In this document: piece after piece, positions 17,176-28,878 of the stretch
How positions within the stretch are numbered: position 1 is the first letter of the stretch
How the letters are laid out: each line of letters starts with the position of its first letter
Assembly: GCA_007135125.1 (NCBI GenBank)
Contig: SLJK01000050.1
Location: 1-47,233, forward strand
DNA: 47,233 bases
Direction: 5' to 3'
Source: Syntrophomonadaceae bacterium
GTDB taxonomy: Bacteria; Bacillota; Dethiobacteria; DTU022; UBA8154
Notes under the pieces: model-generated
Database searches by the model: none
What the model saw: only the letters and a program-made list of their open reading frames with translations
Told to the model about the DNA's origin: nothing
Made by a program: the position numbers and the translations under genes

Positions 17176-17652
17176 ATAAATATACGTATTATAGTGATTG
17201 GAAAACTGAAGGAAAAGTTTTATCAAAAAGGTGTGGATCATTACCTGAAGAGGCTTTCACCCTATGCCAGGGTGAATATAATAGAAATTGCCGAAGCTCG
17301 GGAAAAGGGCAGGGGAGCTTCGGCAACCAGGCAAGTTTTATACGAAGAAGGTAGAGGTATTCAGAGGTGTCTTAGCAGTGATTCTTATCTGCTAGTACTT
17401 ACTCAGGAAGGAAAAGTCTTTACTTCTGCAGAACTGGCACTTCACCTGGAGATGCTGCTCATACAGGGAAAGAGCAAGATAGATATTGTGATTGGTGGGC
17501 CGCTGGGACTGTCTGAAGAGGTGAAAGAAAAGGGGGATTTACTTCTTTCTCTTTCGGAGCTGACCTTTCCCCATCGACTTGCCCGGCTTATTATTTTGGA
17601 ACAGCTCTACCGCTGTTTTAAGATCAACAAAAGTGAACCATATCATCGCTGA
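17176..17652 (+). CDS. rlmH: 23S rRNA pseudouridine-1915 N3-methyltransferase
   Basis: NIRII.IGKLKEK, IGGPLGL, LSLSELTFPH.L.RLI.LEQLYR, PYH; start ATA 17176 or GTG 17167 (see findings). Confidence 0.95.
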   Translation: MNIRIIVIGKLKEKFYQKGVDHYLKRLSPYARVNIIEIAEAREKGRGASATRQVLYEEGRGIQRCLSSDSYLLVLTQEGKVFTSAELALHLEMLLIQGKSKIDIVIGGPLGLSEEVKEKGDLLLSLSELTFPHRLARLIILEQLYRCFKINKSEPYHR

Positions 17653-17680
17653 AAAAATTAACTCCGATGAGGATTGCTCA

Positions 17681-18652
17681 TCAGGGCAAATTTCTGGGTA
17701 GTATTTCCATCTCAAGCAGGTCTTGTATTAGGCATTGCTCACTCCTATGTTCGCAAGGCTCCAGGCAATACAAGGGAGTAGACATGTATTTTTCCCCTCT
17801 GTCAGGGATAATGACCACAATTAGACCTTTGTCCAGGGTCTGGGCCAGTTGGACTGCTACGTGACAGGCAGCTCCTGCACTCATGCCAGCGAATATCCCT
17901 TCTTCCCTGGAAAGTCTCTTGGCCATGGCAAAGGCGTTATCATCGGAGATAAATACTTTTTCATCCAACAGCTCCGGATTATAAATTTGTGGGATAATAG
18001 CTTCGTCCATGTTTTTTAAACCCTGAATTTTATGGCATTTGTTAGGTTCAACACCTATTACCTTGATCCCAGGGTTATATTCTTTTAAACGTCTGGAGCA
18101 TCCCATCAGTGTTCCTGTGGTTCCCATGCCAGCCACAAAATGTGTTATTTCGCCTTCTGTCTGCCCCCATATCTCCGGGGCCGTAGTCTCGTAATGAGCC
18201 AGGCTGTTGGCGGGATTAGAAAACTGGTCCGGCATGTAGTAGCGGTTAGGGTATTTAGAGGCTATTTCCCTTGCTTTTTCAATGGCTCCGTCTGTTCCCT
18301 TTTCGCCTGGGGTAAGCAGGATTTCTGCTCCCATGGCTTCAATCATTTTGCGCCGTTCCTCACTCATCCACTCTGACATGGTTACCAACAGGCGGTATCC
18401 CTTCAAGGACGCTACCAGTGCTAAACCGATGCCGGTGTTCCCGCTGGTTGGTTCTACGATAATTTTATCTCTGGTTAGCGCCCCCGCTTTTTCGGCGTTG
18501 GTGATCATGTAATAGGCTATCCTGTCTTTTACACTTCCCCCAGGGTTGTAGCCTTCCAGTTTTACAGCCATTGTCACCTTCGGGTTGGGATTTATTCTTT
18601 TTATTTTTACCAGAGGTGTATTACCTATAGTTGACAGTAGATCCTCTTTCAT
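17681..18652 (-). CDS. PLP-dependent cysteine synthase family protein (CysM-like)
   Basis: IGNTPLV, NPGGSVKDR, PTSGNTG, GMGTTGT, EGIFAG.S.GA, PDRGEKY; SD GGGGAGGT. Confidence 0.9.
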   Translation of the reverse strand: MKEDLLSTIGNTPLVKIKRINPNPKVTMAVKLEGYNPGGSVKDRIAYYMITNAEKAGALTRDKIIVEPTSGNTGIGLALVASLKGYRLLVTMSEWMSEERRKMIEAMGAEILLTPGEKGTDGAIEKAREIASKYPNRYYMPDQFSNPANSLAHYETTAPEIWGQTEGEITHFVAGMGTTGTLMGCSRRLKEYNPGIKVIGVEPNKCHKIQGLKNMDEAIIPQIYNPELLDEKVFISDDNAFAMAKRLSREEGIFAGMSAGAACHVAVQLAQTLDKGLIVVIIPDRGEKYMSTPLYCLEPCEHRSEQCLIQDLLEMEILPRNLP

Positions 18653-18703
18653 TAGAGCAGGTCACCTCCCCCTTAAGTTGTTGTGGATTCTAATTATCAT
18701 TTA

Positions 18704-18712
18704 ATTATACCA
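18704..18712 (-). promoter_or_regulatory. Extended -10 for the cysteine synthase gene
   Basis: Minus strand reads TGGTATAAT about 50 nt upstream of the ATG. Confidence 0.5.
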
Positions 18713-18892
18713 TACTTTTTTGAGGGGGAAATCATTTTTCGCTACTAAAATGTGGGATTTTTCCTATGGCTGAAATAGCGACCCCGGAAAAGATAGCATG
18801 GCGTATTGTTTACAATTCTGATATAATAATCGAGAACAATTTTGGCAGGAAAGGGGGCAAGTCCTTTTTTATTTTTTAAGAAGGGCGCAGTT

Positions 18893-19510
18893 ATGATTTT
18901 AGAGAGATTGGAAGTCGGACCCTTTGGCACCAATTGTTACCTGGTGGCCTGTCCCGACACCAGGGAAGCAGTTATTATAGATCCCGGAGCTGAGGGAAAC
19001 TTGATTATCAGGCGGTGTCAGGATAAAGGTTTGCAGGTTAAGTGCATTATTAACACCCATGGTCATATTGATCACGTAGGCGCTAATGAGGATCTCAGAA
19101 GCCATTTTAAAGTGCCGGTGTTTGTGCATGAAGCAGATCTGGCCCTTTACCGCAGTCCCAAGGCGGGTATGGCCCTTGCTATGGGTAGCAAAGAGGTGAA
19201 GCCTCCCGGCAAAACTTTCCGAGAAGGTGACGTGCTTCACTTCAGCAGCCTAAATATTAGAGTTATGGAAACTCCTGGTCACACCCCTGGCGGAGTAACC
19301 CTGGATATAAATGGAACTTTATTTTCGGGTGACACTCTTTTCGCCGGATCCATAGGGAGAACGGATATGCCCGGGGGGTCATACCGCCAGATTATTGAAA
19401 GCATAAAGAAACGGATACTTCCTTATGCGGACGAGACCAGGGTTTTTCCCGGGCACGGACCTCCAACTACAGTAGGGGAAGAACGGAAGTTCAACCCTTT
19501 TTTAACTTAG
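18893..19510 (+). CDS. MBL-fold metallo-hydrolase (glyoxalase II/YqgX-like)
   Basis: THGHIDHVG, TPGHTPG, FSGDTLF.GSIGRTD, PGHG; ATG 18893. Confidence 0.9.
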   Translation: MILERLEVGPFGTNCYLVACPDTREAVIIDPGAEGNLIIRRCQDKGLQVKCIINTHGHIDHVGANEDLRSHFKVPVFVHEADLALYRSPKAGMALAMGSKEVKPPGKTFREGDVLHFSSLNIRVMETPGHTPGGVTLDINGTLFSGDTLFAGSIGRTDMPGGSYRQIIESIKKRILPYADETRVFPGHGPPTTVGEERKFNPFLT

Positions 19511-19568
19511 TACTGTGACCGTATTTATGTTATTAAGTACTTGGGTTTAGAAAGAAGGTGTCGGCAAG

Positions 19569-20027
19569 GTGAAGTTGAAACCGGAAAAGTTTATGATTGT
19601 TGCAGCCGCTGCTGAGGGAGAGCATTCCCTGACAGCTTTTGATTCAGCCCTTTTAAAGGCGGGGATAGGAAATATAAACCTGGTTAGACTTAGCAGTATT
19701 CTGCCTCCTGCTTGTATCGAAGAAAAAGAAGGTATAGATTTTCCACTGGGAGCCTTTGTTCCTACTGCTTATGGCACTATTTGCAGTGAAAAAGAAGGAG
19801 AACTTATCTCTGCAGCAGTAGGAATAGGCTTTTCTCCGGATAGTTTTGGCATTATTATGGAGCATGCTGGCACATGTACTGGGGACGAAGCCAGGGCAAA
19901 AGTAGAAATAATGATAAAAGAGGCTTTTAGCAACCGCGAATTGGAGTTAAAGGATATACGCATTGAAAGCACAGAACATCGAGTGCAAAAAAACGGTGCT
20001 GCTATTGCTGCAGTTGCTCTCTGGTAA
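19569..20027 (+). CDS. pdaD: Pyruvoyl-dependent arginine decarboxylase
   Basis: AFDSALLKAGIGNINLVRLSSILPP with the Ser-Ser autocleavage site; precedes speE-speB. Confidence 0.88.
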   Translation: MKLKPEKFMIVAAAAEGEHSLTAFDSALLKAGIGNINLVRLSSILPPACIEEKEGIDFPLGAFVPTAYGTICSEKEGELISAAVGIGFSPDSFGIIMEHAGTCTGDEARAKVEIMIKEAFSNRELELKDIRIESTEHRVQKNGAAIAAVALW

Positions 20028-20070
20028 TTATAAAAGAGGCGACATTTGAATAAAGGTTGGTGAAAGCATC

Positions 20071-20931
20071 TTGGAGATGGAATTGTGGTTTACGGAAAGG
20101 CAGACTACCAGCCTGGGGCTAAGCTTGAAAGTGAGAGAGACTTTGTACCGTGCCAGATCAGAATATCAGGAGATAGCAGTTCTGGATACGGAACAGTATG
20201 GCCGCATGCTGGTTTTAGATGGCATGGTGCAGACTACCGTTTCCGACGAATTCGTTTATCACGAGATGATTTCGCATGTCCCGATGAGGACTCACCCCCA
20301 TGCACAGGATATTCTGGTTATCGGTGGTGGGGATGGGGGTGTTGTACGGGAACTGTGCCGCTATCCTAACGTTACTTCCGTAACCCTGGTGGAAATAGAC
20401 GGTGATGTGGTGGAAGCCGCCAGACGCTTTTTGCCTGAGATCAGTCTTGCCCTGGATGATCCCAGGGTGGAGGTTAGGATTACTGACGGGATTAAGTTTG
20501 CCAGTTCGGTGGAGGATTCTTATGATATAATAATAATTGATTCCACAGAACCTATGGGTCCGGCTGAAGGACTTTTTAACGAGGGCTTTTACCGGGACAT
20601 CTTTAATGCGTTAAAAACTGACGGTCTTGTGGTTGCTCAGACGGAATCTCCTTTTGTTAATGCTTCTCTTATCAATAGAGTTTTTCGCTTTATCAACTCT
20701 ATTTTTCCTGTCTGCCACCTTTATCTTGCCCCTATCCCTACCTATCCCAGTGGTCTCTGGAGTTTTACCATGGGTTCCAAGCACTACAGCCCCCTGTCAC
20801 CGGCGAAAAATTTCCTCCCTAAAGGGATAAAATATTACACGCCAGATGTGCACTTCAGCTCTTTTTCTCTCCCTGTTTTTGTACAGGAACTGCTTTCACA
20901 CGCTTCTGAAAACACTGAGGGGGAGGACTGA
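20071..20931 (+). CDS. speE: Polyamine aminopropyltransferase
   Basis: LDG.VQ, YHEM, GGGDGG, VEID, DSTEP.GP, YPSG.W. Confidence 0.95.
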   Translation: MEMELWFTERQTTSLGLSLKVRETLYRARSEYQEIAVLDTEQYGRMLVLDGMVQTTVSDEFVYHEMISHVPMRTHPHAQDILVIGGGDGGVVRELCRYPNVTSVTLVEIDGDVVEAARRFLPEISLALDDPRVEVRITDGIKFASSVEDSYDIIIIDSTEPMGPAEGLFNEGFYRDIFNALKTDGLVVAQTESPFVNASLINRVFRFINSIFPVCHLYLAPIPTYPSGLWSFTMGSKHYSPLSPAKNFLPKGIKYYTPDVHFSSFSLPVFVQELLSHASENTEGED

Positions 20932-20935
20932 GGCT

Positions 20936-21805
20936 TTGAATTTATGGGGATTTCCTGCTGTCGAAAAAAAGGGAATTTTTATGGCCGCCCGCCAGGAGAT
21001 AACTGAAGAAGGGGGCGTTCTTCTGGGGGCTCCACTTGATGATACGGGCTCTTTCAGAACGGGTAGCCGCTTTGCGCCGGAACAGATCAGGTCTGTCTCC
21101 AGGGCACTTGAAGAATACAGTATGCGGCTTGGAAAAGATTTAAGGAATATACCCTTTTTTGATGTGGGCGACCTTCTGCTGACTCCAGGGAATACCCGCG
21201 GTGCTGTGGAAGTTGTTTCTCAAGCGGTAGCTTCGTTGTTAAAAGCCGGTCAAAAACCCTTTATAATGGGAGGAGAGCATACCGTAACTGTGCCTGCCGT
21301 AAGGGAGTGCCAAAATCATTACGGGCCGCTTGCCGTTTTATATTTCGATGCTCATGCTGACCTGCGTCCTTCCTATGGAGAGATGGAACTTTCTCATGCC
21401 TGCACTGCCTACCAGTTAAAGCAAATGCAAGGAGTATCTCTTTACCAGTTTGGGATCCGTTCTGCCGATGGCGATGAGCTTTCCTCGGCTGATGAAGGTT
21501 GTTTTTTCCCTTATAAAGTCATAGAACCCTTAGAGTCAATCCTTTCGACGCTAGCGGATAGTTACTTATATATAACTCTGGATATGGATGTTGTTGATCC
21601 TGCTTATGCTCCGGGGGTTTCTGTGCCTGAGCCCGGGGGTGTTTCCGCGGGGGAAATTTTAGAGGTTATTTCTCTTCTGGAGCGCTATAAGAAACAGATT
21701 GTCGGGATAGACCTGGTGGAGATTTGCCCCGCTTATGATTCTTCACAAATAACGGCCATGCTCGGAGCGAAAATTATTCGGGAAGCTCTGCTATCTTTTT
21801 TATAA
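20936..21805 (+). CDS. speB: Agmatinase / ureohydrolase
   Basis: GSRFAP, GGEH, DAHAD, SHA, DMDVVDP, PEPGG, DLVE; TTG 20936 with SD GGAGG. Confidence 0.9.
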   Translation: MNLWGFPAVEKKGIFMAARQEITEEGGVLLGAPLDDTGSFRTGSRFAPEQIRSVSRALEEYSMRLGKDLRNIPFFDVGDLLLTPGNTRGAVEVVSQAVASLLKAGQKPFIMGGEHTVTVPAVRECQNHYGPLAVLYFDAHADLRPSYGEMELSHACTAYQLKQMQGVSLYQFGIRSADGDELSSADEGCFFPYKVIEPLESILSTLADSYLYITLDMDVVDPAYAPGVSVPEPGGVSAGEILEVISLLERYKKQIVGIDLVEICPAYDSSQITAMLGAKIIREALLSFL

Positions 21806-21858
21806 GTCCCATTACATAAGTATTAAATATTTAAACAGTTTTTGCGGAGTAATCGTAA

Positions 21859-23544
<1,686 letters not shown>

Positions 23545-23664
23545 CCCTATACTAAGGAATAAGCAGGAATGACCTGTCAAAAGTAGAAGTAAGAGCTGAG
23601 TATTACGCTCAGCGATGTATCTAGTTGGTTCCTTCTCTTGTAAGAAGGGAGAGCAGCGATAGTT

Positions 23665-24309
23665 ATGAGGTTTTTTGGTAATATATATAGAGTAATCTTC
23701 AGTTATCATAAGGGTCTGGAGCACGTCGCTGAACAAAAAAATATATGGCAGGGACTTGGCATCTACCTGGCTGTGACCTTGCTGGCTTTATACTCCGCGA
23801 TAACTGTTTACCTTTCTGTTGGGGAAGAAATACTGCAGGTACCGGCCGAATTGTCGCATTTTCTTCCGCGGCATGTTTTTGACAGTGTGCTGCTGTTTCT
23901 TCCGGTCGCAGTATTGTTATTTCACCTGGTATTCGGTCCCCTTTATTTTCTTCTTTCCGTTGCGATTTTTCATTTTGTGGCCAATTTGCTTGGTGTTCGT
24001 GGAAATGTTTATGCTGTTGGAGCGGTTGTGGGGTATGCTTACCTTCCCTACCTTTTAGTAGCGCTGGGAGGACTGTTAAGCCACCTCGAACTGGTTAGTG
24101 TTACCCTGTATCTTTTTGTGGTTGCTTTTTTCTGGTCTACTTTTTTAAAAATCGCCGGCTTAAAGCAAGCATATGTTTTTACCTGGAGAAGGGCAGCGTT
24201 CGTTTTTTTTATGCCTCTAATAGCCCTTCTTTCAGCTACTATTCTATTTTTATTGCTTTCCATCGTCTTTTTGATTCCACCTATATTACACTTTTTGGAA
24301 AACTTATAA
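23665..24309 (+). CDS. Yip1-domain membrane protein
   Basis: About five TM helices with Yip1-like pattern (HFVANLLG.RG, GYAYLP, W...L.I.GL). Confidence 0.65.
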   Translation: MRFFGNIYRVIFSYHKGLEHVAEQKNIWQGLGIYLAVTLLALYSAITVYLSVGEEILQVPAELSHFLPRHVFDSVLLFLPVAVLLFHLVFGPLYFLLSVAIFHFVANLLGVRGNVYAVGAVVGYAYLPYLLVALGGLLSHLELVSVTLYLFVVAFFWSTFLKIAGLKQAYVFTWRRAAFVFFMPLIALLSATILFLLLSIVFLIPPILHFLENL

Positions 24310-24445
24310 AAACAGCTGTAATATAAATTGACTCGCAGGTGTTCAGCTTGCCTTTTAAGCCAAGATTCTACTGTGCAGGCAAATACCTTGTGAAGAATTT
24401 TGTGTTTTCCCCCCAATTTTAAGCTAATTGAAAGGATGAGTTGCG

Positions 24446-25135
24446 GTGAAATTTTTCTTGGATACGGCTAATCTTGAGGAAATCAAGGAAGCGTCTTCAC
24501 TAGGCGTGCTGCGTGGTGTTACCACAAATCCTTCTCTGGTCTCGAAGGAAAAAGTGGCTTTGGAGGAACAGGTTGAAAAGATCTGTGCCCTGGTGCAAGA
24601 TTATCCGGTCAGCGTTGAGGTTCTAAGCACTTCGGCCCGAGAAATGGTTGCAGAAGCCCGGCGCCTGGCAGGAATAGCTTCCAATATTGTAATAAAAATT
24701 CCCATCTGTATCGAAGGTTTAAAAGCGGTCTATGCTCTCACTAATGGCGAAAACAAAGTTCCTTGCAATGTAACGCTGGTTTTTTCATTTAACCAGGCTT
24801 TGCTGGCTGCCATCGCTGGCGCTGCTTATGTAAGCCCTTTCCTGGGGCGTATTGATGATATCGGAGGAGATGGCGTCGGTTTGGTAGAAGATATTGTGGC
24901 CATATTTGAAAAACAAAAGATGGATAAAACAGAGGTAATCGCGGCCAGTATTAGGCACCCTCGCCATGTGCACCAGGTAGCAGCGGCTGGAGCGCATATT
25001 GCAACCGTTCCTTTTTCAGTATTAAAACAGATGGCCGGCCATCCTCTAACCGATCTGGGAATAGAAAAGTTTGAAGCTGACTGGGCCCGGGCCCTGGAAG
25101 CCATGAATTCGTTGCCAGGTACTGAGCCTGGATAG
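24446..25135 (+). CDS. tal: Transaldolase (small MipB/TalC type, often annotated fsa)
   Basis: DTA, GVTTNPSL, VIKIP, NVTL.FS, ASIRHP; Glu in SVEV and Phe in SPFLGR are the transaldolase residues rather than the FSA ones (Gln/Tyr). Confidence 0.9.
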   Translation: MKFFLDTANLEEIKEASSLGVLRGVTTNPSLVSKEKVALEEQVEKICALVQDYPVSVEVLSTSAREMVAEARRLAGIASNIVIKIPICIEGLKAVYALTNGENKVPCNVTLVFSFNQALLAAIAGAAYVSPFLGRIDDIGGDGVGLVEDIVAIFEKQKMDKTEVIAASIRHPRHVHQVAAAGAHIATVPFSVLKQMAGHPLTDLGIEKFEADWARALEAMNSLPGTEPG

Positions 25136-25200
25136 TCACCTTCTCGTTTTGTATGCAAACCTTCTAAGAGATAGATTTTAATAAAAAGGGAGTTGTTGTT

Positions 25201-26184
25201 ATGGATCGCGAGCTGGCCCTGGAGTTTGTTAGAGTCACAGAGGCGGCGGCTTTGGCAACGGGCAGGCTCATGGGGCGAGGTGATAAGATCGCAGCGGATG
25301 ATGCTGCCGTTGAAGCTATGCGCAAAGCCTTTGATACTGTTTATATTGATGGTGTGGTAGTTATAGGTGAAGGTGAAATGGATGAAGCTCCTATGTTATA
25401 TATCGGGGAGAGAGTGGGGGCCAGGGTTGCGCCCCATGTAGATGTGGCAGTAGATCCCTTGGAAGGAACAAACCTGGTTTCCAAGGGTCTTCCCAATGCC
25501 TTGTCGGTTTTGGCTGTAGCTCCTCGAAATTGCATGCTTCATGCTCCAGATATATATATGGATAAGATAGCAGTAGGTCCCCGTGCAGCCGGGTGTATTG
25601 ATCTTGATGATTCTATCGAGGATAATTTAAGCAGGACGGCAAAATCTCTGGGGAAAAAACTTGAGGACATGGTGGCTATTATTCTTGATCGTCCCAGGCA
25701 CCAACAGACTATTGACGAATTGCGCCGCCTGGGTGCAAGGGTGAAACTTATCAGTGACGGTGACGTTTCTGCTGCTATCGCCACTTCTTTTGACTGGACG
25801 GGTGTGGATATTCTTTTTGGTATCGGCGGGGCTCCGGAGGGCGTGTTAGCAGCAGCGGCCTTAAAATGTCTCGGCGGTGAAATGCAGGGCAGACTTCTCC
25901 CCGAAAATCAAGAAGAAAAAAAAAGAGTTGTGGAGATGGGCTTACAAGATACGTTACAGCTATTAAAGATGGAAGATTTGATTGCGGGAGACGATGTTAT
26001 TTTTACTGCCACGGGTATTACGGACGGTGATTTTCTACAGGGTGTAAGGTATGCCGGAGATTGTGCTACCACCCATTCTGTTGTTATGCGAAGTATGACG
26101 GGTACAGTAAGGTTTGTCCAGGCTACACACAGGCTTGATAAAAAGCCTCATTTTGTAGCCAGAACCTGTAATGCCTCCACGTAA
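25201..26184 (+). CDS. glpX: Class II fructose-1,6-bisphosphatase
   Basis: [42 protein letters not shown]. Confidence 0.96.
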   Translation: MDRELALEFVRVTEAAALATGRLMGRGDKIAADDAAVEAMRKAFDTVYIDGVVVIGEGEMDEAPMLYIGERVGARVAPHVDVAVDPLEGTNLVSKGLPNALSVLAVAPRNCMLHAPDIYMDKIAVGPRAAGCIDLDDSIEDNLSRTAKSLGKKLEDMVAIILDRPRHQQTIDELRRLGARVKLISDGDVSAAIATSFDWTGVDILFGIGGAPEGVLAAAALKCLGGEMQGRLLPENQEEKKRVVEMGLQDTLQLLKMEDLIAGDDVIFTATGITDGDFLQGVRYAGDCATTHSVVMRSMTGTVRFVQATHRLDKKPHFVARTCNAST

Positions 26185-26213
26185 ATTAACATCATAATTA
26201 AGAAAGAGAGATA

Positions 26214-27467
26214 ATGGTTATGCAATTAAATGAACTGGAAACAATGAATCTGGAAGAATTACAACATCTGGCTAAAGAGTCAGAGATTAAAGGGGTCAGC
26301 GGACTAAAAAAGAAGGATCTGATTTTTGCCCTGCTAAGACAAAAAGCAGAAGCGGAGGGCCTGGCGTTTGCTCAGGGAGTTCTGGAGATCATGCCGGATG
26401 GTTTTGGTTTTTTGCGCAGGGTTAATTATCTTCCACACGAGGATGATATTTACATTTCTGCTTCTCAAATTAGGCGTTTTGAGTTGCGTACAGGAGACAT
26501 GGTTTCCGGAAAGGTAAGGCCCCCCAAGGAAAATGAACGTTACTTTGCCCTCCTGCATGTCGATGCTGTTAACGATCAGGATCCTGAAAAAGCTTCCAGC
26601 CGCCCGCATTTTGCTGAACTTATTCCTATCCACCCCCAGGAACAACTTGTACTGGAAAAGGAGCCGGATGATCTGGCTACCAGGATTATTGATCTTCTAA
26701 TACCCATTGGTAGAGGCCAGCGTGGCTTAATTGTCTCTCCTCCCAAGGCAGGTAAAACGGTTCTCCTGAAAAATATAGCCAACAGCCTTACCGAGAACTA
26801 TCCATCACTTATCCTCATTGTCCTGCTCATCGACGAGAGACCGGAAGAAGTGACTGATATGCGTCGTTCGGTTAACGGGGAAGTATTAAGCTCCACTTTT
26901 GATGAAAAACCGGAGAACCATGTTCGCTTGGCTGAACTAGTGATGGAGAGAGCCCAGCGTTTGGTAGAACACGGTTTAGACGTAGTTATACTTTTGGACA
27001 GTATCACCAGGCTTACCAGGGCTTACAACCTGGTTAACCCTCCCAGCGGGAGAACGCTTTCGGGGGGGATTGACCCTGCGGCCTTTCATAAGCCCAAGCG
27101 TTTCTTTGGAGCGGCCAGGAATATTGATGAAGGTGGAAGTCTGACTATGCTGGCCACAACCCTGGTAGAAACCGGCAGCCGTATGGATGATGTAATCTAC
27201 GAGGAATTCAAAGGTACAGGGAACATGGAGTTGCACCTGGATCGCAAGCTGGCTGAAAGACGATATTTCCCGGCCATTGATATTACCCGTTCCGGAACAA
27301 GACGAGAAGAGTTGTTGCTGGACAAGAATTCTTTGGAACTGATGTGGGCACTCAGACGTTCCATGGGGAATACTTCTTCTACAGAGTTCCTGGAGGCGCT
27401 CATGGAGCGCCTAAAAAAGACCAAGTCCAATGCTTCTTTTTTATCTAACCTCCATACCATGGCTTGA
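26214..27467 (+). CDS. rho: Transcription termination factor Rho
   Basis: [48 protein letters not shown]. Confidence 0.98.
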   Translation: MVMQLNELETMNLEELQHLAKESEIKGVSGLKKKDLIFALLRQKAEAEGLAFAQGVLEIMPDGFGFLRRVNYLPHEDDIYISASQIRRFELRTGDMVSGKVRPPKENERYFALLHVDAVNDQDPEKASSRPHFAELIPIHPQEQLVLEKEPDDLATRIIDLLIPIGRGQRGLIVSPPKAGKTVLLKNIANSLTENYPSLILIVLLIDERPEEVTDMRRSVNGEVLSSTFDEKPENHVRLAELVMERAQRLVEHGLDVVILLDSITRLTRAYNLVNPPSGRTLSGGIDPAAFHKPKRFFGAARNIDEGGSLTMLATTLVETGSRMDDVIYEEFKGTGNMELHLDRKLAERRYFPAIDITRSGTRREELLLDKNSLELMWALRRSMGNTSSTEFLEALMERLKKTKSNASFLSNLHTMA

Positions 27468-27541
27468 TTCTTGTGAGATTTACAGTCCCCGCTGAGCCTG
27501 GTGATACTAACTCTGTCAAGGTTAAATCGTAATTGATATCG

Positions 27542-27569
27542 CAGGGGTGTTGTCAAAACACCCTGTTTT
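27542..27569 (+). terminator. Probable terminator after rho, overlapping the rpmE promoter
   Basis: CAGGGGTGTT-GTCAA-AACACCCTG (one bulge) followed by TTTT. Confidence 0.5.
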
Positions 27570-27579
27570 GTGCTATTAT
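27550..27579 (+). promoter_or_regulatory. SigA-type promoter of rpmE
   Basis: TTGTCA-18 nt-TATTAT with TG extension. Confidence 0.55.
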
Positions 27580-27669
27580 AAGTCGTGTATATGCATGAAA
27601 TTAGCCAGTGTTGATCTGCCCGGGTTTTTATAGCAAGGGTAACACTTGAAGGGGAAGTGAGGTGTAGGC

Positions 27670-27873
27670 ATGAAAGAGGGCATTCATCCTCCTTATCAGA
27701 AAACAAAAATTACCTGTGCCTGTGGGACCAGCTATGAAGTTGGTTCAGCCAAGACAGATTTGAAAGTAGAAATCTGTTCCAACTGTCATCCGTTTTTTAC
27801 AGGTAAACAAAAGTTTGTGGATACGGGTGGACGTGTAGAGCGCTTTAAGCGCAAATATGGAATGGAAAAGTAG
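27670..27873 (+). CDS. rpmE: 50S ribosomal protein L31 (Zn-binding type A)
   Basis: [28 protein letters not shown]. Confidence 0.97.
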   Translation: MKEGIHPPYQKTKITCACGTSYEVGSAKTDLKVEICSNCHPFFTGKQKFVDTGGRVERFKRKYGMEK

Positions 27874-27875
27874 AG

Positions 27876-27908
27876 TGAAAAAACAGGGCCAGCAGCCCTG
27901 TTTTTTCA
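27876..27908 (+). terminator. Intrinsic (bidirectional) terminator after rpmE
   Basis: TGAAAAAACAGGGC-CAGCA-GCCCTGTTTTTTCA, perfect 14-bp stem. Confidence 0.85.
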
Positions 27909-27935
27909 GCCATAGGAAAGAAAGGTGCTGCTTCG

Positions 27936-28847
27936 GTGAGCGAAGAGAGGGTAAATATCGGCGGGCAAGCTGTAGTGGAGGGCGTGATGATGCGCAATAA
28001 GTCCGATGTGGCTATTGCGGTCCGGCGAAGCGAAGGTGATATAGCGCTTAAAAAGATAGATTTTGTATCTTTCAACGAACGCTATGCGTTTTTAAAATGG
28101 CCCCTGCTGCGTGGGATGGTAGCTTTTGTGGAAGCACTTGTGCTGGGTTTCCGTTCTCTTTCCATTTCTGCTGAGCAGGCCCTGGAAGAAGAGGAAGAAG
28201 AATTAAAAGGTTGGGAACTTCCGCTGACCATGGCTATCGCCCTGGCAGCGGGGATAGGGCTTTTTATTCTCCTTCCTACAGTACTTATGACATACCTTCG
28301 CCAGGGAGTTGATAATCCACTTCTTTTAAATTTGGGAGAAGGGATGCTAAGACTGCTAATTTTTTTAAGCTATATTTTTTTAATTTCGCGCTGGCAGGAG
28401 GTGGCGCGAGTTTTCCAGTACCACGGAGCTGAACATAAAGCTATTGCCTGTTATGAGGCCGGGCATCCGTTGACGGTGGATAATGCACGTCCTTTTAGCA
28501 CACTTCACCGGCGCTGCGGAACCAGTTTTCTGCTGATCGTGATGGTTACCAGTATTATTTTGTTCTCATTTTTTGGTTGGCCTGAACTATGGCAAAGGAT
28601 TCTTATCAGGCTTTCTCTTCTGCCTCTTGTAGCCGGGCTTTCCTATGAGAGTATACGTCTTGCCGGCCTGAAAGATAATCTATTTACCAGGATTATTTCC
28701 CAGCCCGGGCTTTGGCTGCAGCATTTAACAACCAAAAAGCCTGTAGATGAACAGGTAGAGGTAGCCATATGTGCTCTTAACGCGGTGATGCCTGATTCCC
28801 AAAACAAGGGTAGTATTATTATAGAAAAACAAGCAGAAGCCTTGTAA
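27936..28847 (+). CDS. DUF1385 (YqhQ-like) membrane protein
   Basis: [38 protein letters not shown]; usual position next to prfA/prmC. Confidence 0.9.
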   Translation: MSEERVNIGGQAVVEGVMMRNKSDVAIAVRRSEGDIALKKIDFVSFNERYAFLKWPLLRGMVAFVEALVLGFRSLSISAEQALEEEEEELKGWELPLTMAIALAAGIGLFILLPTVLMTYLRQGVDNPLLLNLGEGMLRLLIFLSYIFLISRWQEVARVFQYHGAEHKAIACYEAGHPLTVDNARPFSTLHRRCGTSFLLIVMVTSIILFSFFGWPELWQRILIRLSLLPLVAGLSYESIRLAGLKDNLFTRIISQPGLWLQHLTTKKPVDEQVEVAICALNAVMPDSQNKGSIIIEKQAEAL

Positions 28848-28878
28848 ACAGCGTGTCTTGATGATGGAGGTTTTCATA

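Noticed and set aside
17635-17680. rlmH 3' end (GAACCATATCATCGCTGA) as an SCC-like integration site
   Set aside because: No recombinase, cargo or repeated att copy seen downstream; the site looks empty.
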